Below, in pieces: positions 9,917-18,150 of a DNA stretch of 64,000 nucleotides. The notes under the pieces were generated by a model. The model did no database searches, was not told where the DNA came from, and saw only the letters and a program-made list of their open reading frames with translations. The DNA comes from an uncultured Gammaproteobacteria bacterium. GTDB lineage: Bacteria; Pseudomonadota; Gammaproteobacteria; Xanthomonadales; SZUA-38. Each line of letters starts with the position of its first letter. The stretch's first letter is position 1. The stretch lies in contig CAZVYE010000001.1 of the NCBI GenBank assembly GCA_964630895.1, positions 2,319-66,318 of the forward strand, written 5' to 3'. The position numbers and the translations under genes were made by a program.

Positions 9917-11206
9917 TTAACGGGACTTGTGCCACTCCACTAGGCGCACCATGAGCAGCGCAGCACGTTCTGCCTGACTAGTGAGTGTGCGCATGTCCGC
10001 GGTTTCGTCAATTGTATGGCCACCGGTGCCCATGAGCCCTAGTCCGTCTAGCGCCATCTGCACATGATTGGCGACAAAAGATATATCCGCAGCGCCTGCT
10101 CGGCGCGGGTCCACTGGGGCAACGTCTCCGCGGCCTAGATCCAGACTGGCTTGGCGATAGAGTGAAAGTAGCTGCCGATTCCCATCACTTGGTGCCATCG
10201 GCGGATATCGATCAATAAACGTTATTTTTGCCGTGGTTCCAGGGAGAGAGTTTGCGGTAATCTCGCGCATGCGGGCGTGCACTTTTTTCAGTTGTTCCAG
10301 ACTAATTACCCGAATATCTCCCCACGCCTGCGCGGTTTGCGCAATCACGTTGTTTTTTCCCATTGCAGACACGGCGCCCTCTTCTGCAGTCAACTCTGTG
10401 CCAGCGGCAACAAGCCCAGGGTTAAATGTCAGCAAATCCTCTCCAGCTAGTTCTTTGCGAAAATCATTCAGGATTCGCGCTAACTCAAAGGCGGCACCGA
10501 AGCCGATATCTTCGCGAAAAATCTGCGAAGAATGCGCAGGCGTCCCTTCGACTTCCAACATCCACGAAGAGGAACTGCGGCGCGCGATAACCGCCGTAGC
10601 TGGGTCCCCGTCACCATCTTCAAAACCAAGTGCTACGTCTGCCCACTTCCCTGCGTCCAACAGTGGCGCGACGGCCAGCTCAAGCGGATCGCCGCGATTC
10701 TCTTCATCTCCGGTGAGTACAACCTGGACTTGCAGATGATCCAGCATTCCGATGTCATTTAGCGCTTGCAAAGCCAGCAACATCACTACATTGCCGCCTT
10801 TCATGTCCGTAATACCGGGCCCGCGTACAAAGTGCGACTCCAACGGCTCATATCGTTGCAGCGGACTATCTGGTTCAAAAACCGTATCCAAATGCCCGAT
10901 CAACAAGATCTTCGGTCCCTGGGTCCCGCGCTTGGCAACCAGGTGACCTGCTCGATTAAATGGGGCGCCGTCAATCCACTGAGTGGTAAAACCCAATTGG
11001 GAAAAGGCAGGCTTCATAAGGTCTCCCACCGCTTTTACGCCTTCAGCATTGAAAGTGCCACTGTTGATATTTACGGACTGCTCCAGCAGCGCAGTGGCGT
11101 TGGACAGATTCGATGCCACGCTGGACTGGATCGCCTTTACCGAATCCTTGGCGCAGAGTGAAAAAGACAGCGCAAGCAGCAGCACACTTACTAAGCTTCT
11201 AGACAT
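9917..11206 (-). CDS. M20-family metallopeptidase (carboxypeptidase G2 / glutamate carboxypeptidase-like), secreted
   Basis: It has a signal peptide and the motifs LLIGHLDTVF, GPGITDMKGG and LTGDEE, which are characteristic of M20/M28 dinuclear zinc peptidases. Confidence 0.8.
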   Translation of the reverse strand: MSRSLVSVLLLALSFSLCAKDSVKAIQSSVASNLSNATALLEQSVNINSGTFNAEGVKAVGDLMKPAFSQLGFTTQWIDGAPFNRAGHLVAKRGTQGPKILLIGHLDTVFEPDSPLQRYEPLESHFVRGPGITDMKGGNVVMLLALQALNDIGMLDHLQVQVVLTGDEENRGDPLELAVAPLLDAGKWADVALGFEDGDGDPATAVIARRSSSSWMLEVEGTPAHSSQIFREDIGFGAAFELARILNDFRKELAGEDLLTFNPGLVAAGTELTAEEGAVSAMGKNNVIAQTAQAWGDIRVISLEQLKKVHARMREITANSLPGTTAKITFIDRYPPMAPSDGNRQLLSLYRQASLDLGRGDVAPVDPRRAGAADISFVANHVQMALDGLGLMGTGGHTIDETADMRTLTSQAERAALLMVRLVEWHKSR

Positions 11207-11298
11207 GACTTCAGAGACTCAGGTTTGGATTTGTGGCGCACCGTAGCAGCCAGGGGACTCCTTGCCAAATGCACCGGACGACAAAAGCGGCTCGCCTA

Positions 11299-12306
11299 TC
11301 AAGGCCTATGAGAATTCAATCCCACAAAAGTGCCACCATTTCGTTCGGTCATCAAACGCATCAAGTTTGCAAAACGTTCAACCGATCTCTGCATGTTGGG
11401 TGGTGCAAGAAAATGCACTGGAAATCCAACCGCGTGGATGCGAACCATGCGCTCGCCTTCCTTGGTCTCTTTGTTAATCGTGTCAATGGTCGCCAAGACT
11501 TGCTCCACCGAGCCCCCAGAAAAATCGTCACCGAACACGTACACACTGATCTTCTTGTCTGGCTGGTAAAACGTCCGAATGGCCTTGTTAATTCCTTCTA
11601 CCGGGCTGGAATTGGAAAACGCATTCCAGGTTCGCATGCGTTCTACGATGGCGCGTCTGCGCCCCGGTGAGTCGGGAATCCAGGTGCCAGAGTAGCGAGA
11701 GAACATATACTGGCCCATGTCGTTCATGACCTGGATGCCCTTGACCTCGGGATACACCTCCAGGGTCTCGATCACTTTGTCCAACAACAACTGCCAGGCA
11801 TAGTTGTACATAGAGCCCGAAGTATCGATTACGAATATGACGTATTCACTGTCAATTGGAATTCCGCCAACTGTTGTGTCGCTCACGGCCCGACGAAAGC
11901 TCATCCGGGCTTGCGCCTCGTTGAGCTCTTGTTGCGCTCGTTTGAGCTGATTTTCTAATTTCGCAACCGCGTCTGGCTGCGGCCCGGCCACATCAAACTC
12001 GGACTTGATGGTTTCCATTAGACGGTTGAGCCGGGCGATCTTATCCTTGATTTGAGACAGTTGCTCCTGCTTACTGACCAAAGTGCGGTTCAGGATCTCG
12101 GTTTCTCCACGGATTTCAAACAGAGTTTCCTGGAGCTGCGCGACTAAACCACTTAGATCTTCCTGGGTCTGCTCCAGGCGCATGGGTTCTGCGGTCTTCG
12201 CCAAAACCAGCAGCAAGATAATTGCGCCAAAGCCACAACAGATACAGTCCAGAAAAGACAGGCTAACCTGCTCTACGCCCCGGCGACCGCGCTTCAGCAC
12301 GCTCAT
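11299..12306 (-). CDS. ExbD/TolR-like TM anchor + coiled coil + vWA-domain protein (paralog 2)
   Basis: The N-terminus is MSVLKRGRRGVEQVSLSFLDCICCGFGAIILLLVL: a basic tail followed by a single TM with an Asp. A heptad-rich segment follows (LVAQLQETLFEIRGETEILNRTLVSKQEQLSQIKDKIARLNRL), then a vWA domain with an intact MIDAS motif, VIFVIDTSGSM. An ATGA overlap joins it to the upstream gene, and GGAGG precedes the ATG. Confidence 0.8.
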   Translation of the reverse strand: MSVLKRGRRGVEQVSLSFLDCICCGFGAIILLLVLAKTAEPMRLEQTQEDLSGLVAQLQETLFEIRGETEILNRTLVSKQEQLSQIKDKIARLNRLMETIKSEFDVAGPQPDAVAKLENQLKRAQQELNEAQARMSFRRAVSDTTVGGIPIDSEYVIFVIDTSGSMYNYAWQLLLDKVIETLEVYPEVKGIQVMNDMGQYMFSRYSGTWIPDSPGRRRAIVERMRTWNAFSNSSPVEGINKAIRTFYQPDKKISVYVFGDDFSGGSVEQVLATIDTINKETKEGERMVRIHAVGFPVHFLAPPNMQRSVERFANLMRLMTERNGGTFVGLNSHRP

Positions 12307-13394
12307 GGCCAGTCCTCCGAGGGACTCATAAACGATCCGCCAGAAACAATCGCAAGCTTCCAATAGCTGCTTGCCGCCAGCGGATCGCCTTCCATGGGAA
12401 ATAAAATGACGTTGATGGGTATACCTGAAGGAATTTGTCGTACTGCCTGCTCCAGGAAATTTTGTCGCTGCTTGCTAGAAACAGCTTCCAGTCGATCAGC
12501 GGGCTCACGACCTTGCGTAGGCAGGCTGTCTATAATCAGAAAAACATTGTCTGGCAATGGATCCATCTCACGAATCTTTTCTGCCACCGCGTAAAACCTG
12601 GTGCCGTCTTGGGGTATAACCTTTCTTAGTGCCAGCACCGACTCATCGAGTAGTCGACCTTGTTCCACTGGTAACCATTGACCATCCGTATCTGGCAAGG
12701 CCGGCCTGGTCTGGGTATTAAACGTGTAAATCTGAAATTTGGAGTCGGTGGGAAACTGAGTAGTGATCCAGTCCACCGTGCGCAGCGCTTTCTGCCACTT
12801 TGCGGAACGCTTCTTTTGCTCATCCGGCAGATTGCGCCGACGGATGATATTTACGATGGTGTTATCAAGCATGGAGGCTGAGGCGTCAACAAACACCGCG
12901 ATATTACGACCGCCAACGCGCAGACCTGTCAAATACTGGCGATCTCCTTCGCCGTAAAATTGACGCACTCCCTGGCCGCCTTCCAGGTCTTCTTCAGATA
13001 ACTTGGCAAGTTGATCTTCTGTAGCCCGCAGTTCAGCTATAAGCTGGTTGATATGCTCCATTTTCGCAGCCGTCTCGTCTTCACGCTCCGATAGCTCTTC
13101 ACGATCGTCTTCATACTCGTTGAGCAGCCGTTCCGCACGGCCGTCCGCTTGGACAATTTCCGTTTCCAGCTCATTGAGCGCATTGAGCAGCTTGGTCTTG
13201 TTCAGCTCCTCAAGTTGCACCTCGGTTTCCAGCAGCGAAACTTCGCCACTAAGATCCGCGCTCATATCATCGGAACGTGTCTCGGTGGCGTGATTGATGA
13301 TGACAAAAAACAGAATAACAGCGCCAAAGCCGCAGGACATGATGTCGAGAAACGACAGGCTAAATATGGAGAAATCACGCTTCTTGCGTGCCAT
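12303..13394 (-). CDS. ExbD/TolR-like TM anchor + coiled coil + vWA-domain protein (paralog 1)
   Basis: The N-terminus is MARKKRDFSIFSLSFLDIMSCGFGAVILFFVI, which shares SLSFLD..CGFGA[IV]IL with the downstream paralog. An acidic coiled coil follows, then a vWA domain with IAVFVDASASM (DxSxS). The ATG at 13394 overlaps the upstream stop by 20 nt. The maximal ORF reaches a TTG at 13412. Confidence 0.8.
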   Translation of the reverse strand: MARKKRDFSIFSLSFLDIMSCGFGAVILFFVIINHATETRSDDMSADLSGEVSLLETEVQLEELNKTKLLNALNELETEIVQADGRAERLLNEYEDDREELSEREDETAAKMEHINQLIAELRATEDQLAKLSEEDLEGGQGVRQFYGEGDRQYLTGLRVGGRNIAVFVDASASMLDNTIVNIIRRRNLPDEQKKRSAKWQKALRTVDWITTQFPTDSKFQIYTFNTQTRPALPDTDGQWLPVEQGRLLDESVLALRKVIPQDGTRFYAVAEKIREMDPLPDNVFLIIDSLPTQGREPADRLEAVSSKQRQNFLEQAVRQIPSGIPINVILFPMEGDPLAASSYWKLAIVSGGSFMSPSEDWP

Positions 13395-14742
13395 GCGCCA
13401 TCTCCACTGCAATCAACATAAGTTCCAACGTTGGTGCAAGTTGCACTCTATCACCAGCCTTGACGTTAACTGCGTCTTCCACGGATTGCTGATTGACCTT
13501 CAACGGTCTGCCTGACGCATTCTCTAATACAATTGTGTCTCCTTTCAGGCTCAAACGCAGGTGCTTTGGTGCCAACACATCGCCATATTGGGACAGGTTT
13601 ACGCCGGGCGGCGCCACGTCGGAACCAACCCAAAGTCCATCTGCTCCTATAGGATAAGCAGTTGCACCATGCAAGACATGGGTCGGTTTCCTACCACCGC
13701 CGTCTTGTATTTGATCGGCATGTTTGACCAAGTCGGGCTGACCAAACCAGGGCAACTTATCGATAAATGCAACGCCTTCATCTTCCTGCTGCCGATCCAG
13801 ATACAGTCGCGACAACCCATGATTCTTTTCGGTGAGTTCGCACGCAATCAGCTCCAACTGGGGCACCTGACTGAGCGCCGCGCTGATACCCGGCAAGCGA
13901 GCGAGTGATTGGGGTAACAGCAAGACGGGCGCATTAGCCCCCGAGACTTCCTGGGCAACAAATGCTTCCAGCCTGCGCAGTACAACCTCACCGGCGCGGG
14001 TGAGACGCTCCGTGTCGATAGTGCTTGCGAACTGCTTGTCACCATTGTCAATCTTGATGGCGATTGAGTCCCAGTCCTGCCCTAGCTGCTCCCACTCCAG
14101 CAGTGCGTCGTATAGAGATTGCTCAGTGCCTGCGTCGTGCATGGGATCAAAGCGAGTTTCGCTGACAAATCTACGGGCCGCTGCGTGACTCCAGGTCTCC
14201 CGCAGTCGGGCCAGGCCCACGTCCCGGTTTGTTGCAATGCGATCCATGCTGAGCCACTGACTCTGATCCAGCCTGGCCAGCACCGCTTTGTGTAAAAACA
14301 AATCCAGACAGAAGATAGTGCGCCCGGGTAATGGTCTGGGTGCCAGCGCCACAGGCTTCGCAAGCACCGCCCTGACCGGCATCTCCAGTCGCTGACACAC
14401 ACCCAATAACAAACTGACTTGCTCATCCGAGAAATCCGCAGGAACTGTGAGCAATAGCGGATCATTCGGACGTTCCAGTCGCTCCCAGATGGATTCCAGG
14501 TGCAGATAGGCCAAATCCGCTTGGGTGGCGGCCGCGCGGTAGGAAGCGGTGAGACCAGTGCGGCCGAATCGATCCCAAAACTGACTTTCTGTGCGGGTTG
14601 GATCAAGCTTTGAAACCGCTTGCGCATCTAGCCCTATCTGCGCATGTCTGCCACGCAAATTGATAAACGCTGGGCTCTCCAGCAAAGTGTTGCCATCTCT
14701 GCGTGCTCGTACCCCTACATCCTGGATATCGATGATGAGCAT
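13375..14742 (-). CDS. Cytoplasmic protein with an Hsp70/actin-like (ASKHA-like) N-terminal region and an FHA-like C-terminal domain
   Basis: The N-terminus, LIIDIQDVGVRARRDGNTLLESPAFINL...IGLDAQAVSKLDPTRTESQFWDRFGR, follows the DnaK N-terminal pattern (GIDLGTTNS...TTPSVV...VG..A...NP.NT....KRLIGR), but the phosphate-1 motif is degenerate. The C-terminus, HVLHGATAYPIGADGLWVGSD...HLRLSLKGDTIVLENASGRPLKVNQQSVEDAVNVKAGDRVQL, resembles FHA. The domain calls were made by eye only. Confidence 0.55.
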   Translation of the reverse strand: MLIIDIQDVGVRARRDGNTLLESPAFINLRGRHAQIGLDAQAVSKLDPTRTESQFWDRFGRTGLTASYRAAATQADLAYLHLESIWERLERPNDPLLLTVPADFSDEQVSLLLGVCQRLEMPVRAVLAKPVALAPRPLPGRTIFCLDLFLHKAVLARLDQSQWLSMDRIATNRDVGLARLRETWSHAAARRFVSETRFDPMHDAGTEQSLYDALLEWEQLGQDWDSIAIKIDNGDKQFASTIDTERLTRAGEVVLRRLEAFVAQEVSGANAPVLLLPQSLARLPGISAALSQVPQLELIACELTEKNHGLSRLYLDRQQEDEGVAFIDKLPWFGQPDLVKHADQIQDGGGRKPTHVLHGATAYPIGADGLWVGSDVAPPGVNLSQYGDVLAPKHLRLSLKGDTIVLENASGRPLKVNQQSVEDAVNVKAGDRVQLAPTLELMLIAVEMAHGTQEA

Positions 14743-14745
14743 GGA

Positions 14746-15576
14746 TCAGTCTTCTCGCAGCTTGGAAATCAAATGAGCGTCTGCGTATTCCTGTGTATCC
14801 AGCACCAGACGTTCCTGCATGAGCTGGAGTTGGTGCATCAGAAACATCAGGAATATGCTCAACACCAAAGCAATAAACGTCGAGTTGAAGGCAACCCCAA
14901 GACTTTGGGTTACGCCAGAAATGTCTCCCTCCACTGCCTTGTGCGCCTGTGCAAGCGCCTCGCCGATACCGCGAACCGTGCCGATAAATCCAATGGATGG
15001 AATGGCCCAGGCAATATAGCGAGTCATGGCGAGCTCAGAGTCCAGTCGTTCGGACTCTGATTCACACAACTCCCGCACTGTGGTTGCCACACTCTGGATA
15101 TCCCGAGTAGACCGAAATCGATGCAGAGCGGTTAGCAACACGCGTGGCAACAAGAAACTGCGCTCGCGTTCGGGCAGCGCCTGAATGGGACGGGCGTATT
15201 CGCGACTGTCTTCTGGAAGTACGCTGATACCCTGCCCCACTGGTACCAACTCGCGTTCTAACAGATTACGCTCTCGATAAGCCTTAACTGCCTTGTAGGT
15301 CATGATCGCTAGCGCCCAAAACAGCAGGATAAAACACGCCTCCTGTTCGAAATCCCGGATCAAGACAAATACCGATCGCTCAGGAACATAATCCGGATCG
15401 GCTGCTACTGCGGCCTGCTGCATCGCAATAATAGCTGCCGCCTGCGGCCGAATGAGAGTCACGTAGACTGTATGCACCGCGACCGTAGAAAACAGCAAAG
15501 CAAAGAGCTGATAGACAAATTCCACTGGGAATCGCTTACTCATCAGTCCTGGGTTCCTTATCGTTGTTGTGTTCAT
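14746..15576 (-). CDS. MotA/TolQ/ExbB-family proton channel protein
   Basis: It has three or four TM segments. The C-terminal core, MTRYIAWAIPSIGFIGTVRGIGEAL...GVAFNSTFIALVLSIFLMFLMHQL, matches the MotA_ExbB signature (..P.lGllGTV.G). An alternative start lies at 15543 (MSKRF, preceded by AAGGAA). Confidence 0.85.
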   Translation of the reverse strand: MNTTTIRNPGLMSKRFPVEFVYQLFALLFSTVAVHTVYVTLIRPQAAAIIAMQQAAVAADPDYVPERSVFVLIRDFEQEACFILLFWALAIMTYKAVKAYRERNLLERELVPVGQGISVLPEDSREYARPIQALPERERSFLLPRVLLTALHRFRSTRDIQSVATTVRELCESESERLDSELAMTRYIAWAIPSIGFIGTVRGIGEALAQAHKAVEGDISGVTQSLGVAFNSTFIALVLSIFLMFLMHQLQLMQERLVLDTQEYADAHLISKLRED

Positions 15577-15578
15577 AA

Positions 15579-16010
15579 TTAAATGTCGTTAGGGAATGAA
15601 ATCGAGCGATCCTCAGAAATCTTCTCCGACGGTTCAAACCGTTCCATGGTGGCCTGCATTTCCTCAGTCAAAGCAGCATCACCATCTAGGTCGCCTTCCG
15701 CCGCGTCTAGCTCCAACCCTTGTTCAGCAGTTGTTTCCTCCACAACCGCCGATTCGTCCGCTGAATCAGCTTCTGACGAGGCTGCAGCAGGAGTAACCGG
15801 ATTTGAATTTGGCGCTGACTCTTGATCGGATTCCGAGGCTACGTCGCGACTTTGCTCTTCCGATTGCGCTTCCGTGGTTTGCGCGTCAGTCTGAGCAAGC
15901 GCCATTCCTATCCATCCAACGCCGCCTGCAATGATCAAGACCATTGACAGCGCTCGCCACGCTTTGCGCATTGCAATGATCTTGTGAATGGTTGGCTGAC
16001 TACTCTGCAT
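15579..16010 (-). CDS. Small anchored or secreted, highly acidic, low-complexity protein
   Basis: A hydrophobic N-terminal segment (WRALSMVLIIAGGVGWIGMALAQ) is followed by about 100 aa rich in E, D, S, A and T. The start is either 16010, which overlaps the upstream stop by 11 nt, or 15971. The gene sits immediately upstream of the ExbB-like gene with a 2-nt gap. Confidence 0.55.
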   Translation of the reverse strand: MQSSQPTIHKIIAMRKAWRALSMVLIIAGGVGWIGMALAQTDAQTTEAQSEEQSRDVASESDQESAPNSNPVTPAAASSEADSADESAVVEETTAEQGLELDAAEGDLDGDAALTEEMQATMERFEPSEKISEDRSISFPNDI

Positions 16011-18117
16011 AACGGGCCACCCGGAATCCAATATCGTCTGCTGGCTCCAGGCCTTCTTCGCGATACGCCCAGCGTAGTTCTGTGATGGTGCCAGAATGCC
16101 AGCTGGAACCACGTACCACGTGGGCTTCTCCACTGGCTACGCCGGTGGGATCAACTTCGATGCTGCCCAACGTCCCAGGGTGAATAACATACACATCATG
16201 CATCCATTCAGAGGCATTGCCGCCCAGGTCATAAAATCCAAGGGCGTCCGGACCAAAACTGCCCACTATGGCGGATGCTGCGTGTGCGTCCTGATAGATA
16301 CTCAGAGGCTGATTGACCAGGCCTGTTGCCTCCCGACCAGCATAGTTGCCAGAGTCTGCGGCTGGCGGCATGGATTTGCCCCATGGGTATCGAGTCGGTT
16401 GTGTCGACGAATTAGCATGATAACGGGCCACTACCGCCCACTCCGCTTCCGTCGGCAGACGATAACCCGTATTGAGTGGCTCAACTGCACGCATATTGCC
16501 ACTAGCATCCGCAGCATAAGCCAGTGGCAGGCCCTCTTTCTCACTTAACCAATTGCAAAACTGGGCTGCTTCATTCCAACTAATTCGCACTACAGGCTGG
16601 GTCTTTAGTGAGAGGGTCGATTTGCCCACAACGCCGCTGTCATGTTCGGCTCGAAATTCGGCAAACTGCTGATTGGTGACCTCATGTGTGCCCAGATAGT
16701 AAGGCCGCTTCAGCTCCACCTGACGCAGAAACTCATTGGCCCTACGCCCCTGTTCCCGACGCCCACTACCCAAGCGGAATATGCCACTTGGTTGAATGAG
16801 CTTGAGCGTATAACCATTTTTTGCGCGCCAGATTTCTGGTGTTTTCTGGGCCCGAACTTCCGCGTCGCTCAACATGGCAACGCGAATTTCCTGCTCATGA
16901 TCCGGTGTCGGTGTAACGGTGGTAATAAATTCTTGATAACCCGGCTTTCGCACCACAATGCGTTGCGGGAATGCGGCGAGGGCCAGCGTATCTCCAGTGC
17001 TGCCTCTTACCGTGCCATTTACAACAATCTCAGCGCCTTCGGGGCCACCTACCACTCGAACACGTCCTAATACAGGCTGCAACGGGATGGATATTTCCTT
17101 GTTATCGCCTTGCGCTACAGCAACGCTGCGCTCGGTACCTCGGTAGCCCGTCTTGTTTAATTGCAGGCGATATGTTTCATCCGGAGGCAGCGCCAGTTCA
17201 ATGGGGGTCTGACCCTGGTAGGTCCCGTTTACCATGACCGTAGCACCGTTAGGTTGGCTACTCACCTGGACCAAAGCATCTGCCACTATCAATTCAATAA
17301 GCGGCAGTTGGCGTGCTTCGCCCGCATTAACGCTCAGCGTTTGCTGCCAGGGCTTGTATCCGTCCAAGCGCACAAGCACTTCTCGCTCGCCTTGCATGAT
17401 GGGAGTCGTTAAGGGTGTTTGCCCAACATTCTGCTGGTCCACATAAACCGTTGCGCCTACTGGTTCTGTAATGATCTGCACATCGGACCAGGCCGGTTCT
17501 AAAGACATAATCAGCGATTGTTCCTCCCCACCTCCCGCAACTTCGAGCATTTGACGGGATTCCAAATAGCGTGGGGATCGCGCAACCAGCTCATATTCGC
17601 CTGGACGCAATTCCAGTCGCTTGATTGGTAGCTGGCCAACGCTTTCACCATCCACCCACAGCGCGACTGGATCTGTTATCGGGCTTTCTACATTGAGGTA
17701 GCCAGGCAACTTGATAAGTTCAAAGATAAACTCCTGGTCAGAGGCGCTGGTAACAGAAATGGACTCACGTAGCGGATAATAGCCCGCTTTGTTGGCTTGT
17801 ACTTCAAACTCGCCCGGTCTGAGCAACCATCGCTCACCCAGTTGTACATTCCAAATGCCGCCTTCTACATCTAGTGTTTCTGCCTGCGGTGTGGTCTGAA
17901 TCAGCACCGGGGTACCAGTGAACAGATACCAAGCAGCCGCCGCCAGGCCAAAAAGCACAAGAAACGTGGCCAAACCAAGGAGTTTAGGAGCTAGATTTCC
18001 TGCTCGTCGCGATCCCGCACTAGGTTCAAAGGGCTCCGGTTGGATACGACGATAATTGCCTTCGCTGGCAGCGTCGCGTTCGGATATTCCTTTTTCTTGA
18101 TCAATCTGTTCGGTCAC
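16000..18117 (-). CDS. Single-pass membrane protein with 4-5 PEGA repeats and a C-terminal FGE-sulfatase (SUMF1)-like domain
   Basis: The TM is LLGLATFLVLFGLAAAAWYLF. The repeats look like ITEPVGATVYVDQQNVGQTPL..., SSQPNGATVMVNGTYQGQTPI... and GGPEGAEIVVNGTVRGST.... The C-terminus has the FGE family motifs YYLGTHEVTNQQFAEF, RISWNEAAQFCNWL, GYRLPTEAEWAVVAR, LGGNASEWMHD and VVRGSSW. Confidence 0.8.
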   Translation of the reverse strand: MTEQIDQEKGISERDAASEGNYRRIQPEPFEPSAGSRRAGNLAPKLLGLATFLVLFGLAAAAWYLFTGTPVLIQTTPQAETLDVEGGIWNVQLGERWLLRPGEFEVQANKAGYYPLRESISVTSASDQEFIFELIKLPGYLNVESPITDPVALWVDGESVGQLPIKRLELRPGEYELVARSPRYLESRQMLEVAGGGEEQSLIMSLEPAWSDVQIITEPVGATVYVDQQNVGQTPLTTPIMQGEREVLVRLDGYKPWQQTLSVNAGEARQLPLIELIVADALVQVSSQPNGATVMVNGTYQGQTPIELALPPDETYRLQLNKTGYRGTERSVAVAQGDNKEISIPLQPVLGRVRVVGGPEGAEIVVNGTVRGSTGDTLALAAFPQRIVVRKPGYQEFITTVTPTPDHEQEIRVAMLSDAEVRAQKTPEIWRAKNGYTLKLIQPSGIFRLGSGRREQGRRANEFLRQVELKRPYYLGTHEVTNQQFAEFRAEHDSGVVGKSTLSLKTQPVVRISWNEAAQFCNWLSEKEGLPLAYAADASGNMRAVEPLNTGYRLPTEAEWAVVARYHANSSTQPTRYPWGKSMPPAADSGNYAGREATGLVNQPLSIYQDAHAASAIVGSFGPDALGFYDLGGNASEWMHDVYVIHPGTLGSIEVDPTGVASGEAHVVRGSSWHSGTITELRWAYREEGLEPADDIGFRVARYAE

Positions 18118-18150
18118 CAGTCGTCTCTTGCCTCTAAGCTAAAACATCGA

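Noticed and set aside
11299-15576. Interpreting the channel plus partners as a Zorya-type (ZorAB) defence system or an ordinary TonB-ExbB-ExbD / TolQRA set
   Set aside because: The channel protein is short (276 aa) and lacks the long ZorA tail. There are no ZorC/ZorD-like genes. The partners lack ExbD/TolR/OmpA-like periplasmic domains, and no anchored TonB/TolA is adjacent.
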